A DNA stretch of 64,000 bases, from contig CANBHY010000002.1 in NCBI GenBank assembly GCA_947368535.1, positions 95,536-159,535 on the forward strand, read 5' to 3'. Below the pieces are notes generated by a model. That model did not search any database. It had not been told where the DNA came from and worked only from the letters and a program-made list of their open reading frames with translations. The stretch's first letter is position 1. The number at the start of each line of letters is the position of its first letter. Below, piece by piece: positions 1-10,581 of this stretch. The position numbers were made by a program, and so were the translations under genes. Origin of the DNA: an uncultured Clostridium sp. GTDB lineage: Bacteria; Bacillota; Clostridia; TANB77; CAG-508.

Positions 1-503
1 TCTTTTCTTATTTCATTATTTGTTCTAAGCTTATACATGTCTGGTTCAAGCATTTCATTTTTTGCATTACTAATTTCTGATAAAACAGCTCTATCTGTAA
101 ACATTTTATCATCTATATTTAATTGTTTAAGACATTGTTTTACTAATGTTCTTTGATCAGATGAATCAAAAATAACAAAAGAAGACGTAAAACCAATTCT
201 ATCAATATATCTTCTTAATATACGAACACATATTGAATGGAAAGTACCTATCCACATATCTTTTGCGACTTCACCAACTAATTTTTCAACTCTTTCTTTC
301 ATTTCATTTGCTGCTTTATTTGTAAATGTAATAGCTAAAATATTCCATGGTTTTACATTTTTTTCTTGCATTAAATAAGCGATTTTATGAGTTAACACCT
401 TTGTTTTTCCTGAACCTGCTCCTGCTATAACTAAGCATGGTCCAGATGTACTCAAAACCGCTTCTTTTTGCTTATCATTTAGTCCTTCTATAATTTCATT
501 CAT
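1..503 (-). CDS. pcrA: ATP-dependent DNA helicase PcrA/UvrD, N-terminal part (gene continues beyond window start)
   Basis: Reverse-strand translation from the ATG at 503 gives [48 protein letters not shown]. This is the UvrD/PcrA N-terminus with its Walker A GAGSGKT motif. The ORF is open to position 1. Confidence 0.8.
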   Translation of the reverse strand, partial: MNEIIEGLNDKQKEAVLSTSGPCLVIAGAGSGKTKVLTHKIAYLMQEKNVKPWNILAITFTNKAANEMKERVEKLVGEVAKDMWIGTFHSICVRILRRYIDRIGFTSSFVIFDSSDQRTLVKQCLKQLNIDDKMFTDRAVLSEISNAKNEMLEPDMYKLRTNNEIRK

Positions 504-716
504 TTTTATTTTTCCTTTCGAATGTATCTTTTACGAATTTATGTTTGCATTATATAAAATATAATTTCTTTTGTAAATAGTTTAATTTTCTTTTTCTATT
601 TTTTAATTATTACAATTATTAACTTTTTATTTCATTTTTCTATCGTACTTGACATCATAATATTATTACTTGTACAATATAATCAATTAATAATATTAAA
701 AAACAGGAGGAAAACC

Positions 717-1106
717 ATGAAAAGTTTAAAAAAAGCAGTTGTCCTTGTGTTATCAATATTGATTATCTTAACACTAACAAATTGTTCATTTGCCAGAGTA
801 ATCGGTAATTCATCTAATGATACAAACAATACATCAAATGATACAAATAATACTGATAATAGTACTGATAATGAAATTGGTAACAATACAACTAATAATA
901 CAAGTAGCGGAAATACAGCAGCACCAGTTGTTACAAATAATACATCAAAAACTATTAATAGCTCAAATGTATCAGAAAATCTACCAAATACAGGTCTTAG
1001 TTCTGCAGAATTAAATCTTGCTTTAATTCTTTTACTAGCTTTAGTATTTGGAATGTTCTCATTAGTTCAATATAACAAAATAGTAAAAAAAGACAATGCA
1101 GAATAA
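717..1106 (+). CDS. small LPXTG-anchored surface protein with an N/T-rich low-complexity region
   Basis: N-terminal signal peptide (MKSLKKAVVLVLSILIILTLTNCSFA). An Asn/Thr-rich repeat region follows. The C-terminus has LPNTG, then a hydrophobic segment and a basic tail (KKDNAE), which is the sortase sorting signal. A GGAGG RBS lies upstream. Confidence 0.65.
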   Translation: MKSLKKAVVLVLSILIILTLTNCSFARVIGNSSNDTNNTSNDTNNTDNSTDNEIGNNTTNNTSSGNTAAPVVTNNTSKTINSSNVSENLPNTGLSSAELNLALILLLALVFGMFSLVQYNKIVKKDNAE

Positions 1107-1150
1107 TACAAAAAGGATTGAAAAAAATTTTTTCAATCCTTTTTTATTAT

Positions 1151-2212
1151 CTATTCTTGATCACCTTTTAATTTCTCAGCTCTATCAAATGCTGTCAAAC
1201 TATCTATCATTTCATCTAAATTTCCATTTAAAAAGTCTTCCATTTGATAAATACTTAATCCTATTCTATGGTCTGTTATACGTCCCTGAGGATAATTATA
1301 AGTACGAATTTTTTCACTTCTATCACCTGCACCAACTTGCGATTTTCTTTCACTTGCTAGTTCTGCATCTTGTTTTTGTTTTTCTATTTCATAAATTCTA
1401 GATTTTAAAAGCCTCATAGCATACTCTCTATTTTGAACTTGTGAACGCTCTGTTTGACATTCAGCAACTATACCTGTAGGTTCATGTATCAATCTAACTG
1501 CTGATGAAGTTTTATTAACATGTTGTCCTCCAGCTCCTGATGCTCTAAAAACTTCCATTCTAATATCCGCTGGATTTAATTCTATTTCAACATCCTCAAC
1601 AACTGGCAATACAGCTACTGTTGATGTTGATGTATGAATTCTCCCACTACTTTCTGTATCTGGAACTCTTTGAACTCTATGAACACCACTTTCAAACTTC
1701 AACCTACTATAAACTCCATTTCCAGTAATCATAAAAGAAATTTCTTTATATCCACCAAGCTCAGTAGCATTTTCATTTAAAACTTCTAATTTCCATCCTT
1801 TTCTTTCTGCATACATAGAATACATTCTAAATAATGTACCCGCAAATAAAGCAGCTTCTTCTCCTCCAGCTCCTCCACGGATTTCACAAATAATATTTTT
1901 TTCATCATCCTTGTCTTTAGGAATTAATAATATTTTTAGTTCCTCTTCAATTTTAGCAATATTTTCTTTACATTCTAACATTTGCATTTCTGCTAAATCT
2001 TTTAAATCTTTATCTGAAAGCATTTCTTGGGCTTCATCTAAAGCTTGCTTTACTTTTTTATACTCTCTATATTTCTCAACAATATCTATCATATCGCTGT
2101 GTTCTTTCATTAAGTTTTTCCACTCATTCTGTCTACTAATAACTTCTGGATCACTTATTAATTGATTTAATTCCTCGTATCTTTTTTCAACAGCCTCTAA
2201 CTTATCAAACAT
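1151..2212 (-). CDS. prfA: peptide chain release factor 1
   Basis: GGQ motif ([11 protein letters not shown]). RF1-type RVQRVP...TES tripeptide region. The likely start is the internal M (MFDKLEAVE...), which has a GGAG RBS 8 nt upstream. The track ORF extends to 2239. Confidence 0.9.
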   Translation of the reverse strand: MFDKLEAVEKRYEELNQLISDPEVISRQNEWKNLMKEHSDMIDIVEKYREYKKVKQALDEAQEMLSDKDLKDLAEMQMLECKENIAKIEEELKILLIPKDKDDEKNIICEIRGGAGGEEAALFAGTLFRMYSMYAERKGWKLEVLNENATELGGYKEISFMITGNGVYSRLKFESGVHRVQRVPDTESSGRIHTSTSTVAVLPVVEDVEIELNPADIRMEVFRASGAGGQHVNKTSSAVRLIHEPTGIVAECQTERSQVQNREYAMRLLKSRIYEIEKQKQDAELASERKSQVGAGDRSEKIRTYNYPQGRITDHRIGLSIYQMEDFLNGNLDEMIDSLTAFDRAEKLKGDQE

Positions 2213-2288
2213 AAAATTTCTCCTTTTAAAAATTAACACAATTATTATATACTCAAATCAGCATAATTTCAAGGCAAACTAACAATAT

Positions 2289-3053
2289 CTATTTAATTTT
2301 AAAAATTGTTTTCGCATTCTTCTTAGTCTGGTTTGCCACTTCTTCTAATGAAACGCCCTTAACTTCAGCAATCTTTTGTGCAACATATTTCACAAACAAA
2401 GAAGTATTAGTTTCTCCCCTATGAGGTTCTGGAGCCAAATATGGACTATCAGTTTCAATTAATATTCTATCCCCAGGTACAAGCTCTATACAACCAGCAG
2501 ACTTAGCGTTTTTAAAAGTTACATTTCCACTAAAAGATATATAAAAACCAAGCTTTAATCCTTCTTTAATTAATTCTTGATTTAATGGACAACAATGAAA
2601 TACACCTTTATTAATTACAGGATACTCTTTCAATATCTCAATTGTATCCATAACTGCCTCACGCGTATGAATCACAATAGGTAAATTCAATTTATTAGCC
2701 AATTTTATCTGCTCAATAAATACTTTTTTCTGCAACTCTTTATTTTCTTTATTCCAATAATAATCCAGCCCTATTTCACCTATAGCAACATTTTTTTCAT
2801 ATGTTGCTATTTTCTCAATTTCTACTAACTCTTTATCAACATTTTCAGTTATATCATTAGGTGAAATTCCACATGTTGTAAAAACATGTGGATATTTTTT
2901 TGCTAATTCAATTGCATCTCTTGAAGCTTCTAAATTATAGCCAGCACATACAATGTTAGTTATCTCATTGTTATACATTTTTTCTATCAATTCATCACGT
3001 ATATCTAAAAATCTCTCATCATTATAATGTGCATGTGAATCAAAAAAATTCAT
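2289..3053 (-). CDS. tatD: TatD-family metal-dependent hydrolase/DNase
   Basis: N-terminal FDSHAHY motif and the expected length (254 aa) for the TatD family. Confidence 0.8.
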   Translation of the reverse strand: MNFFDSHAHYNDERFLDIRDELIEKMYNNEITNIVCAGYNLEASRDAIELAKKYPHVFTTCGISPNDITENVDKELVEIEKIATYEKNVAIGEIGLDYYWNKENKELQKKVFIEQIKLANKLNLPIVIHTREAVMDTIEILKEYPVINKGVFHCCPLNQELIKEGLKLGFYISFSGNVTFKNAKSAGCIELVPGDRILIETDSPYLAPEPHRGETNTSLFVKYVAQKIAEVKGVSLEEVANQTKKNAKTIFKIK

Positions 3054-3064
3054 AATATTTCCTC

Positions 3065-6000
3065 TTACTTTTTCAAATCTAATGATAACAACTTTGAAAT
3101 ACCTTTTTCCTCCATTGTTATTCCATAAACTGTATTTGATGCTTCCATAGTACCTTTTCTATGTGTAATAACTAAAAATTGTGAATCACCTGCAAATTTC
3201 TTTAAATATTCTGCAAATCTATAAACATTTACATCATCCAAAGCCGCTTCAATCTCATCTAATACACATAATGGTGCAGGATTTATCTTAAGGATTGCAA
3301 ATAATAAAGCAATAGCAGTAAATGCTCTTTCACCACCAGATAAAAGCATCATATTTTGAAGTTTTTTACCAGGTGGTTGTACTTCTATTTCTATTCCTGA
3401 TTCTAGTAAATTACTTTCATCAGTAAGTTTTAGTTCTGCTTTACCTCCACCAAATAATTCAACAAATATTTCAGAAAAGTTTTTATTAATTATTTTAAAT
3501 CTTTCTGCAAATTGTTCTTTCATTATAATTGTCATGTCACTTATCATTTTTCTTAATTTTGACATAGTAGTTTCTAAATCTAAACGTTGTTCATTCATAA
3601 AGTCATAACGTTCTTTTAATTTTTTATACTCTTCTATTGCATCTATATTAACATTTCCCAATTCTTTCATACTACTACGTAAATTATTTACCTGTTTTTG
3701 AACTTCAACAATATTCTGTGGCTTTTTATATTCACCAGGATCATTTGGAGTAAGTTCATATTCTTCCCACATTTTTGTAACAATCTGTTCTAATTCAAAT
3801 TCAAATTTTGATTTTTTAACATCACATTTACTTACTTGATCTTTCAAATCATCTATTTTGCTCATTTGTGATGTTAAATTTTCTTCTGTCTCTTCAAGTT
3901 TACTGTTTTTAGCAATTCTATCTTTTTTTAATTCATCTATTTTACTTCCACTATTTGAAACATCAATAACAAGGCTTTCTACCTTTTCATTTAATTCTAC
4001 ATTTAGTTTTGCTAGTTTTTCATTATCTATAGACATTTTTTGCTTTTGATTTTCTTTATTTTCAGAAGATTTTTCAAGATTTTCAATATCTTGTTTTATT
4101 CTTTCTAACATTTCTTCTAATGATAATTCGCTCTCATCAAAAGAAGATACTGATATTTTTAAATTAGTAATATCAAAATTTAATTCATCTACAATACTTT
4201 GAGTGTCCTTATTTTTACTATTAAATTCTAATATTTCTCTATTTAATTTGCTATTTTCCTCGTCAATTTCTAACTTTCTATTTTCTAATTGTTCTTGATT
4301 TGTTCTATTTTCATCTACTCTTGTTTCAATTTCTTTTTCTTCTTGCTTTAATTTTTCTAATCTTGCTTCTACTTTTTCTACAGTTTCTTCAATAGCTACA
4401 ACCTTCTGTTTTTCAGTGGCATGAACAATTTCAGTATCTTTCAATTGATTTTCTAACTCAGAAATCTCTTTTTGAATTTTTTCCAATTCTTTCTCTAGTT
4501 TTTCTTTTTCTTTAGTTAAATCTGATCTTGTTTTTTCTAATTCTTTGAGCTCTTTTTTTAATTCTTCTATTTCTCTAGATCTACCTAATATATTAACTGT
4601 TTTCTTTTGAATACTTCCACCACTAATACTTCCAGAAGAATTTAAAACATCTCCTTCTAGAGTAACTATTCTAAAACCATAAGAATTTTTCTTAGCTATT
4701 AAAATTGCATTATCCATATTATCAACAATAACTGTTTGACCTAATAAACTACATACAATTTGCTCATATTTTTTATCAAATTTAACTAAATCTGCTGCAA
4801 TTCCTATTACACCTTTTTCAGCTTTTAGTTTATCTATTTTTTTCCCTTTTACAGAACTTATTGGTAAAAAACTTGCTCTTCCTAAATTATATTTTCTTAA
4901 ATGTTCTACTAATCTTTTAGCATCTTCTTCTGTATCTGTTACAACATTTTGCATAATTGAACCTAGACACATTTCAATAGCAACTTCATATTCTTTAGGT
5001 ACATTAATTAAATTAGCTATTACTCCATGTACACCTTTTTTTAAGCTACCATTTTTTTCACATTCTTTAAGCAATTCTTTAACACTTTTTATATATCCTT
5101 CTTTCTCTTTTTCTGTCTCTTCAAGAAATTTTAATCTAGAATCTTTTATCCTCATGTTAGTCTCATATTGATTAATTTTTGATTTTATATCTTTAACTTT
5201 ATTTTCTATATCATTTTTAGAATCAGTTTGCTTTGATAATTCACTTAAAATTTTACCTCTTTTTCCTTCTATTTCAGTAAATTTTTGTAAAATTTCTGAC
5301 TTAGATAATCTTGATGAATCTAATTCTGAAATATTATTATCTATTTCTTCTTTTATAACTTTTTTTCTCAATTCTGCATTTTCAGAATTAGCAATCAATG
5401 TTGAAATTGTATTAGAAATTTCAAATTTTTCATTAATATTATCATCAAATTTCTTTTTTTTCTTTTCCATTTCTAATTCTTTTTCAGACATTGTTTCAGT
5501 TAATTTTTTTAATTTTTCTTCTTTTTCTTCTAATTCTTTAACAAATTTTTCTTTATTTTGGTTTAGTCCTTCTTTTTTGCCTTTTTTAGTATTTATTTCT
5601 TCTTCTAATATTGCAATTTTCTCTTTATTTTCTGCAATTTCATTTTCCAAACGCTGCATGTTTTCATTATTATTATTTATTTTTTCTATGTTTAAACTAA
5701 TGTCTGACTTTAGTTGAACATTTTTTCTTTCATTTTCAAAACTTAAATTTTGTACTTTTTCAATCTGTTCTGTAATTTTGTCTAAGTTTTCTTTAAGTTC
5801 TTCTTTTAAATCCTGAATATTAGAAAGTCTTTCATTTTCACGTACTAATTGTGTATTAAAAATATCTTCGTTATTAACAACTTCTTCTATCTTCTTTTTA
5901 TATTCATCGATATTATGTATAAAAAGGCCTATTTCAATTGTTTTTAACTCATCTCTCAATTTTAAGTATTCTTTTGCTTTTTCTGATTGTATTCTTGTTG

Positions 6001-6610
6001 GTTCAATATTAACTTCAATTTCTGAAATAATGTCATTAATTCTTAATAAATTTAATTTTGATTGCTCCATTTTCTTTTCGGATTCTTGTTTTCTAACTCT
6101 ATATTTTACAATACCCGCAGCTTCTTCAAAAACATGTCTTCTTTCTTCAGATTTATTGCTTAATATTTCATCAATTTTACCTTGTCCAACTATAGAATAG
6201 CCATCTTTACCTATACCTGTATCCATAAAAAGTTCAAGAACATCTTTTAATCTACATGGTGTCTTATTAATAAAATATCCTGACTCACCGCTTCTATATA
6301 ATCTTCTAGTTACTATTACCTCATTATATTCAATTGGTAACTTTTGGTCTGAATTGTCCATTACTATAGATACTTCAGCAAATCCTAATGATCTTCTGTT
6401 TTGTGTACCAGCAAAAATAACATCTTCAGTCTTAGAACCTCTTAAAGATTTCATACTTTGTTCACCAAGTACCCATCTTATGGCATCAGCTATATTACTT
6501 TTTCCTGAACCATTAGGTCCTATAACCGTAGTAATTCCTGACATAAATTCTAATACTGTTTTATCTGCAAATGATTTAAAACCTTCTAATTCGATTTTCT
6601 TTAAATACAT
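3065..6610 (-). CDS. smc: chromosome segregation protein SMC
   Basis: N-terminal Walker A (GPNGSGKSN). Long coiled-coil regions and a hinge. C-terminal LSGGE signature with Walker B (LCVLDEIEAALD). The start is set at the internal MYLKKIELEGFKSF with an RBS. The track ORF extends to 6655. Confidence 0.9.
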   Translation of the reverse strand: MYLKKIELEGFKSFADKTVLEFMSGITTVIGPNGSGKSNIADAIRWVLGEQSMKSLRGSKTEDVIFAGTQNRRSLGFAEVSIVMDNSDQKLPIEYNEVIVTRRLYRSGESGYFINKTPCRLKDVLELFMDTGIGKDGYSIVGQGKIDEILSNKSEERRHVFEEAAGIVKYRVRKQESEKKMEQSKLNLLRINDIISEIEVNIEPTRIQSEKAKEYLKLRDELKTIEIGLFIHNIDEYKKKIEEVVNNEDIFNTQLVRENERLSNIQDLKEELKENLDKITEQIEKVQNLSFENERKNVQLKSDISLNIEKINNNNENMQRLENEIAENKEKIAILEEEINTKKGKKEGLNQNKEKFVKELEEKEEKLKKLTETMSEKELEMEKKKKKFDDNINEKFEISNTISTLIANSENAELRKKVIKEEIDNNISELDSSRLSKSEILQKFTEIEGKRGKILSELSKQTDSKNDIENKVKDIKSKINQYETNMRIKDSRLKFLEETEKEKEGYIKSVKELLKECEKNGSLKKGVHGVIANLINVPKEYEVAIEMCLGSIMQNVVTDTEEDAKRLVEHLRKYNLGRASFLPISSVKGKKIDKLKAEKGVIGIAADLVKFDKKYEQIVCSLLGQTVIVDNMDNAILIAKKNSYGFRIVTLEGDVLNSSGSISGGSIQKKTVNILGRSREIEELKKELKELEKTRSDLTKEKEKLEKELEKIQKEISELENQLKDTEIVHATEKQKVVAIEETVEKVEARLEKLKQEEKEIETRVDENRTNQEQLENRKLEIDEENSKLNREILEFNSKNKDTQSIVDELNFDITNLKISVSSFDESELSLEEMLERIKQDIENLEKSSENKENQKQKMSIDNEKLAKLNVELNEKVESLVIDVSNSGSKIDELKKDRIAKNSKLEETEENLTSQMSKIDDLKDQVSKCDVKKSKFEFELEQIVTKMWEEYELTPNDPGEYKKPQNIVEVQKQVNNLRSSMKELGNVNIDAIEEYKKLKERYDFMNEQRLDLETTMSKLRKMISDMTIIMKEQFAERFKIINKNFSEIFVELFGGGKAELKLTDESNLLESGIEIEVQPPGKKLQNMMLLSGGERAFTAIALLFAILKINPAPLCVLDEIEAALDDVNVYRFAEYLKKFAGDSQFLVITHRKGTMEASNTVYGITMEEKGISKLLSLDLKK

Positions 6611-6750
6611 GTTCTTTCCTCTTCTTAATTCTTTTAAAATTGCTACACATATCATATCTTAATTTTCCAATTTAATCAAGCTTTTCACTTGACCAAATTG
6701 CTTCTTAGATATATTATAATTACAACTTACTAATAGATTGGAGATATTAA

Positions 6751-7695
6751 ATGAAAGAACCAGAATTCGACTTTTATGACAGAACATCATTAAAGTCATA
6801 TAACTTAGATTCAGCCATGAGATATCAATTAGGCTGTTTAGATAGTTTAGACGCATATACTAGAAAACATTGTGAAAATGTTGCAACTATTACATGTAGA
6901 TTATGTGAGCACTTACATTGTGAAGAAGGTTTTACAATCTATTGTACTATATGCGCTTATTTACACGATTTAGGAAAGCTTTTTATTCCTCCATCTGTTT
7001 TGCAAAAAACATCTAAGCTTACTGATGAAGAATATGAAATTATGAAAACTCATACTACTATTGGTTACAATATGTGTATGAAAGATTTGAAACTTAGGCC
7101 ATATGCTGCTGGTGCTTATTACCATCATGAAGCACTAAATGGATCTGGTTACCCTCAAGGATTAACTAGAAAAGATATTCCTTATGAAGCCCAGATTATA
7201 CGTGTTGCTGACGAATTTGAAGCTATAAGCGCCAAAAGGCAATACAAGACCCATATTGGTATAATTGATACCCTTAACATCTTAATTGAAAATTCGGAGC
7301 CTTTAAAGCCCAAAGAAGGCATAAAAATGATTATCAAAGATACCCATGTTGGAAAAATTGATAAAAAAATTGTAAAAGCATTATTTAAAGTAATTTTAGA
7401 AGATACTGAATACGAAATCACTGTTAGATCTGAATATATACAATTTATTGAAGAAGAAATAAAACGCTTAAATCAAGCAGAAGCTTACTACAAAAAATAC
7501 TTATCAACAAATAACGAAAGCAAAAAGGAATATTATAAACAAGGCGTTGAAATGTACTTAAGAAAAAGTAATGGTGAAACCATTGATAATTTTGAATCTG
7601 CCTTAAATGAATATAAAATTTCTTACAAAGATAGAAAAGAACATATAAATAAATTATATCAGGAAGCTAAACAAATTAAAAAATTAAAAGTATAA
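6751..7695 (+). CDS. HD-GYP domain protein (putative c-di-GMP phosphodiesterase)
   Basis: HD motif (LHDLGKLFIP) and GYP motif (NGSGYPQGL). GGAGA RBS upstream. Confidence 0.7.
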   Translation: MKEPEFDFYDRTSLKSYNLDSAMRYQLGCLDSLDAYTRKHCENVATITCRLCEHLHCEEGFTIYCTICAYLHDLGKLFIPPSVLQKTSKLTDEEYEIMKTHTTIGYNMCMKDLKLRPYAAGAYYHHEALNGSGYPQGLTRKDIPYEAQIIRVADEFEAISAKRQYKTHIGIIDTLNILIENSEPLKPKEGIKMIIKDTHVGKIDKKIVKALFKVILEDTEYEITVRSEYIQFIEEEIKRLNQAEAYYKKYLSTNNESKKEYYKQGVEMYLRKSNGETIDNFESALNEYKISYKDRKEHINKLYQEAKQIKKLKV

Positions 7696-7700
7696 ATAAA

Positions 7701-7729
7701 AGCCAGATATACTATCTCTGGCTTTTTAT
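7701..7729. terminator. bidirectional rho-independent terminator between convergent genes
   Basis: Hairpin AGCCAGA...TCTGGCT, flanked by an A-run on the left and a T-run on the right. Confidence 0.6.
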
Positions 7730-7737
7730 TATCCATT

Positions 7738-8454
7738 CTAATTTGAATTAAAGTAGTTTAATATTCCTGTATAAATTCCCCAAGCTAATTCGTTTTGATA
7801 TTCTTCTGTAACTAATTTCTGTTCCTCTTGTGGATTTGATAAAAAACCACATTCAACAATAGTTATAGGTATTTCTACATGATCTGTTATATATATACCA
7901 CTTATTGCATTTTCAGTTCGTTTATTTTCAATTTTTATTGTACCTTTTAAACCATCTTGCACACATTTAGCCAGCCTTTTTCCATTTTCATCATCTTCCC
8001 TATAAAAAGTTTGCCAACCATTGTACTTAGAACTGTCCCCTTTGTTTAAATGAATGGATACAAAAATATCTGCAGATGATTCATTTCCTATTTTAACACG
8101 ATTTTTGGCATCTGATACTTTTTTATCTTTAAGAGTTTGTTTATCTAGGTCATAAATACCATTTTCATCCGATCGTGTCAGAATAACTGTACTGCCACTC
8201 TCTTCTAAGTATTTTTGTAATTTTAATACTATATCTAAATTAGTTTTTTCCTCTGTAATTCCATTTTTGCTCTCTGCTCCGCCATCAGGTTTGCCATGTC
8301 CTGCATCTAATACAACTACCTTTGAAGAAACAGGAGTAGCTGAAACCATTATAGAATCTCTAGTATTATTAACACTTGTGCATAATATAGCAGAAAAGCA
8401 AAACACTCCTAATAGTGTCATACATATTCTTTTTTTATCTAAAAAAACAACCAT
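7738..8454 (-). CDS. N-acetylmuramoyl-L-alanine amidase (amidase_3, CwlD-like)
   Basis: VVLDAGHGKPDGGA motif, typical of the amidase_3 family. Has an N-terminal signal/TM segment. Confidence 0.75.
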   Translation of the reverse strand: MVVFLDKKRICMTLLGVFCFSAILCTSVNNTRDSIMVSATPVSSKVVVLDAGHGKPDGGAESKNGITEEKTNLDIVLKLQKYLEESGSTVILTRSDENGIYDLDKQTLKDKKVSDAKNRVKIGNESSADIFVSIHLNKGDSSKYNGWQTFYREDDENGKRLAKCVQDGLKGTIKIENKRTENAISGIYITDHVEIPITIVECGFLSNPQEEQKLVTEEYQNELAWGIYTGILNYFNSN

Positions 8455-8494
8455 ACTATAAAGTATGATTGTTTTTCTGAAATATCACTATAAT

Positions 8495-8926
8495 TTATTT
8501 TTTTAGAACCTCTTTCATTTCTTCTGCACCATTTTCTTTTAAAATTTCAATTTGCCTACTATTAAATTCAGAAGGTTTATATTTTAAAACAAGCTTAATA
8601 GAACCATTTTCCTCTCTACATTCTATATCCATAGAACTTTTATTTACATCATATACATTGTATCTTGCACTTAAAATTGCTTGTTTTTCAGAATCAGTAA
8701 GTTCCATATCAGAATTTAACTCTGTCTGTTCCAATTCAAATAATGTTTCTTTTTCATGTAATTGTTCAATTATTTGATTAACTTCAGTTTTGAAACTTCC
8801 ATCAGAAGATTGAGCAATAGCTCCATCATCTCCCATAATATATGATATTGTTACACCTGCAAGTATTAGTAAAATAATAATTGTAAGAATTAGTATTAAC
8901 ATCGTTATACCTTTTTCACTTTTCAT
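8495..8926 (-). CDS. hypothetical membrane-anchored protein
   Basis: N-terminal hydrophobic segment (MLILILTIIILLILAGV). No family recognised. Confidence 0.4.
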   Translation of the reverse strand: MKSEKGITMLILILTIIILLILAGVTISYIMGDDGAIAQSSDGSFKTEVNQIIEQLHEKETLFELEQTELNSDMELTDSEKQAILSARYNVYDVNKSSMDIECREENGSIKLVLKYKPSEFNSRQIEILKENGAEEMKEVLKK

Positions 8927-8939
8927 TTGTACCTCCTAA

Positions 8940-9302
8940 TTACTTATATAAAACCACTACATTAGCTACTGCATATTCTCTACAATGAGAAATTGAAACG
9001 TCCATGCTTTCAATTTTTTCGTCATTAATTTCAATCTTTGGTTTTCCATGTTCACAGTTAATTATTTCAAAATTTTTCCATGTCAACTTATCCTCTTCCA
9101 CTATACCTGATAATGCCTTGTATATAGCTTCTTTAACTGCAAATCGTGCAGCATAATGCTGATATTTATTTTCTTTGTGATTTTCACAATATTCAATTTC
9201 TTTTTTAGTAAAAATAGTTTCGATAAACTTATTTCCTTGTCTGTCAATTGACTTTTTTATTCTATCTATTTCAATAATATCAGTACCACATGAAATTTTC
9301 AA
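8940..9302 (-). CDS. acpS: holo-[acyl-carrier-protein] synthase
   Basis: GTDIIEIDRI N-terminal motif and the ~120 aa size typical of AcpS. Confidence 0.8.
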   Translation of the reverse strand: MKISCGTDIIEIDRIKKSIDRQGNKFIETIFTKKEIEYCENHKENKYQHYAARFAVKEAIYKALSGIVEEDKLTWKNFEIINCEHGKPKIEINDEKIESMDVSISHCREYAVANVVVLYK

Positions 9303-9319
9303 TTTGCCACATTCCTTTT

Positions 9320-10552
9320 CTACATGAACATATATGCTATTATCGTAAATGTATTCAATATTAAAGATAATATCAATAACATAACCATAATACTATAGTT
9401 TCTATTATTTTTTTCTATATCTAAATCTTTATATATAATTTCGTATTTTTTTCTAATTTGTTCAAATAAATCCTCTAATTCAAAAGAAGAACCTAATATT
9501 CTATAATATAAACTTCCTGTATCATCATTAGTAATTTCTTTTGCCCACATAGTTTTTGTAAATTCAATAAATTTTTTACGAATATGAATAATTCTGTCAT
9601 AGCTTCTAAATTCTAAATTTACTTGCTTTAAAAATATTTTTTGATATAGTCTAAGTATATATGTGTAATAAATTACTGTTTCATATTCATAAGGAAGTTT
9701 AGTATAATTATACATATCTACGGTTGAACAAAGTAAATTACAATTTGATTTTGTAATTCCTGTACGTGAATATTTTAATTTAGATATAATACTTAAATTT
9801 TGCTCTTCATTTTCTTTATTCAAGTCAGTAATGTAATTACTTGGAAAAGTATTTACATACTTTAAAAACTCATTTTCAAAGCTTTCAAACTCATTTCTAT
9901 CATTCCAATGTTCTGATGGTATACATGTATATCCAAATGTATAAAATTTATTTTCAATATCTTCAGATTCTTTTTGATTTCCAGTTATATCTTTAATAAT
10001 ATCTGTAATTTGTCTTGCATCTTCTAGCATCTCTGTTTGGATATTAATATTTTCATATTGCTTAAGTCCTACAAATTCAGAATTTATTTCTTTAAATTTA
10101 TAATTGAAATTTAATATATCTGAAAATTTTTCGCTTTGCTCAATTGTTGTTTTTATACTAACAAAACAAATTCCTGTATTAAAGCAAATAATATCTATCT
10201 TAGGAATATTAAAAAATACCCCATTTTCTTGTTCATTTCCTTCTACTGTTTGTCCTAGCATATATTCAAAACAAACACATCCATGTTTAGATAATATTTT
10301 TGCTTTTTTCTCATTATTTAACTCTTTAAAATTCCTTAAATCATTATCTCTTATTTCAAATGTTGGAAATAAGTTTTGCCTAATGTTTGAACTAAAATAG
10401 TTGTATATGTCTAAATCTTTCTCTTTTTCAAAAATTCTAAGAGTTACTTTTTTATCTTTTAGCAATCTAAGCAAATATTTTTCATATTTTTCACTTTCAA
10501 TAATATACGGATATAAAAAATACGTATATTGATACTTAAATGATAATTCCAA
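9320..10552 (-). CDS. hypothetical protein with C-terminal TM helix
   Basis: Long ORF (410 aa), codon usage consistent with neighbouring genes. No recognisable domain. Confidence 0.4.
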   Translation of the reverse strand: MELSFKYQYTYFLYPYIIESEKYEKYLLRLLKDKKVTLRIFEKEKDLDIYNYFSSNIRQNLFPTFEIRDNDLRNFKELNNEKKAKILSKHGCVCFEYMLGQTVEGNEQENGVFFNIPKIDIICFNTGICFVSIKTTIEQSEKFSDILNFNYKFKEINSEFVGLKQYENINIQTEMLEDARQITDIIKDITGNQKESEDIENKFYTFGYTCIPSEHWNDRNEFESFENEFLKYVNTFPSNYITDLNKENEEQNLSIISKLKYSRTGITKSNCNLLCSTVDMYNYTKLPYEYETVIYYTYILRLYQKIFLKQVNLEFRSYDRIIHIRKKFIEFTKTMWAKEITNDDTGSLYYRILGSSFELEDLFEQIRKKYEIIYKDLDIEKNNRNYSIMVMLLILSLILNTFTIIAYMFM

Positions 10553-10581
10553 AATTACTCTCCTCTTTTGTATACTATATT

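Noticed and set aside
3858-4049. 63-aa plus ORF inside smc, and similar small antisense ORFs inside spoIIE, mnmG, mnmE, yidC and the activase gene
   Set aside because: They overlap well-supported long genes on the opposite strand.
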